From an uncultured Chloroflexia bacterium (lineage in GTDB: Bacteria > Chloroflexota > Anaerolineae > CG2-30-64-16), in the NCBI GenBank assembly GCA_963774265.1, contig CAVZDU010000001.1, forward strand, positions 352,001 through 416,000: DNA of 64,000 bases, in the 5' to 3' direction. Of the stretch, positions 63,253 to 64,000 are shown one piece after another. Numbering within the stretch: the stretch's first letter is position 1; each line of letters begins with the position of its first letter. The translations under genes and the position numbers were made by a program. The notes under the pieces were generated by a model that was not told the DNA's origin, searched no databases, and worked only from the letters and a program-made list of their open reading frames with translations.

Positions 63253-63281
63253 AGCACTGATGCAAGGGCCAGGAGTGGAAG

Positions 63282-64000
63282 ATGGCGAATCAAGCGAGTC
63301 ATGATCTCAAACGGCATGTATACCGCCGCATCCAACGCATCGAGATGTGCAATATCATCAAGCGGTTCCCGGGCGTCCTTGCGAATGAAAAGGTTTGTTT
63401 CGATGTCAACGCCGGCGAAGTGCATGCCCTGCTGGGCGAAAACGGCGCGGGCAAAAGCACTCTGATGCGCCAGCTCTTTGGCCTCTACAAGCCCGACGAG
63501 GGCGAAATTCTCATCGACGGCAAGCCCGTTATCTTCAGTTCCCCGGCCGACGCGATTCACGCCGGCATCGGCATGATCCACCAGCATTTCATGCTCGTGC
63601 CCACGCTGACCGTGACGGAGAATGTTGCGCTGGGGTTAGCTTCATCACGCGAACCGCTGTTGGATCTCGACCGGGTGGAGAAGCGCGTGCGCGAGCTCTC
63701 GGAAGAGTACGGGTTGAAAGTCGATCCGGATGCCTGCATCTGGCAGCTCTCGGTCGGCGAGCAGCAGCGCGTGGAGATCCTCAAGGCGCTCTATCGGGGC
63801 GCGGGTATGATTATTTTGGACGAGCCCACCGCCGTCTTGACCCCCCAGGAGGTCAAAGACCTGTTTGTGACATTCAAGCGCATGGTTGCTGAGGGCCACG
63901 GGCTGGTCTTTATTTCGCACAAGCTCTACGAGGTGCTGGCCATCAGCAACCGCATTACGGTGTTGCGCAATGGACGATTCAGCGGCGAGGTTGCCACCAA
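63282..64000 (+). CDS. Nucleoside ABC ATPase (truncated by window end)
   Basis: Read manually: MANQASH..IIKRFPGVLANE..GENGAGKST..LSVGEQQRVEI..DEPTAVL..ISHKL. Confidence 0.9.
   Translation, partial: MANQASHDLKRHVYRRIQRIEMCNIIKRFPGVLANEKVCFDVNAGEVHALLGENGAGKSTLMRQLFGLYKPDEGEILIDGKPVIFSSPADAIHAGIGMIHQHFMLVPTLTVTENVALGLASSREPLLDLDRVEKRVRELSEEYGLKVDPDACIWQLSVGEQQRVEILKALYRGAGMIILDEPTAVLTPQEVKDLFVTFKRMVAEGHGLVFISHKLYEVLAISNRITVLRNGRFSGEVAT

Overview
GC-rich bacterial DNA. Pro/Ala/Thr-linker lipoproteins and the repeat types suggest Chloroflexota/Anaerolineae (inference). Patches of single-base indels look like long-read consensus errors. Layout: (1) 1-12.2 kb holds mixed genes: HAD, P-loop kinase, DUF554, HD protein, an ABC-F ATPase with a leader-peptide attenuator, Nudix, aldo/keto reductase, rnk, a two-component pair, cobB, dihydropyrimidinase and a GlcD-like oxidase. 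(2) 12.3-27.8 kb is a minus-strand, RpiR-headed 12-gene operon for an unknown phospho-ester. It encodes an Afu/Fbp-type ABC importer, four HAD phosphatase domains, a HAD fused to a circularly permuted GpmI-type phosphomutase, an ApgM-type mutase, two paralogous PRK/uridine-kinase-fold kinases with an unrecognised N-terminal domain, a TIM barrel and a Pit transporter. (3) Divergent from it, 28.0-42.6 kb is a LacI-headed inositol catabolic operon of the Thermotoga IolG/IolM/IolN/IolO type plus IolI. Its binding protein is a triplication of one domain, and its promoter carries a perfect 44-bp palindrome. (4) 42.6-64 kb holds adenine deaminase, two BMP-type nucleoside ABC systems, full-length Lhr, and PFOR with a DHOD-like gene. 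The best candidate for a new system is regions 2+3 together: a putative inositol-(poly)phosphate/phytate import, phosphate-stripping or relocation, and inositol catabolism locus, possibly recovering ATP through mutase-kinase pairs. The substrate is inferred, not shown. No rRNA, tRNA, CRISPR or transposase was seen.
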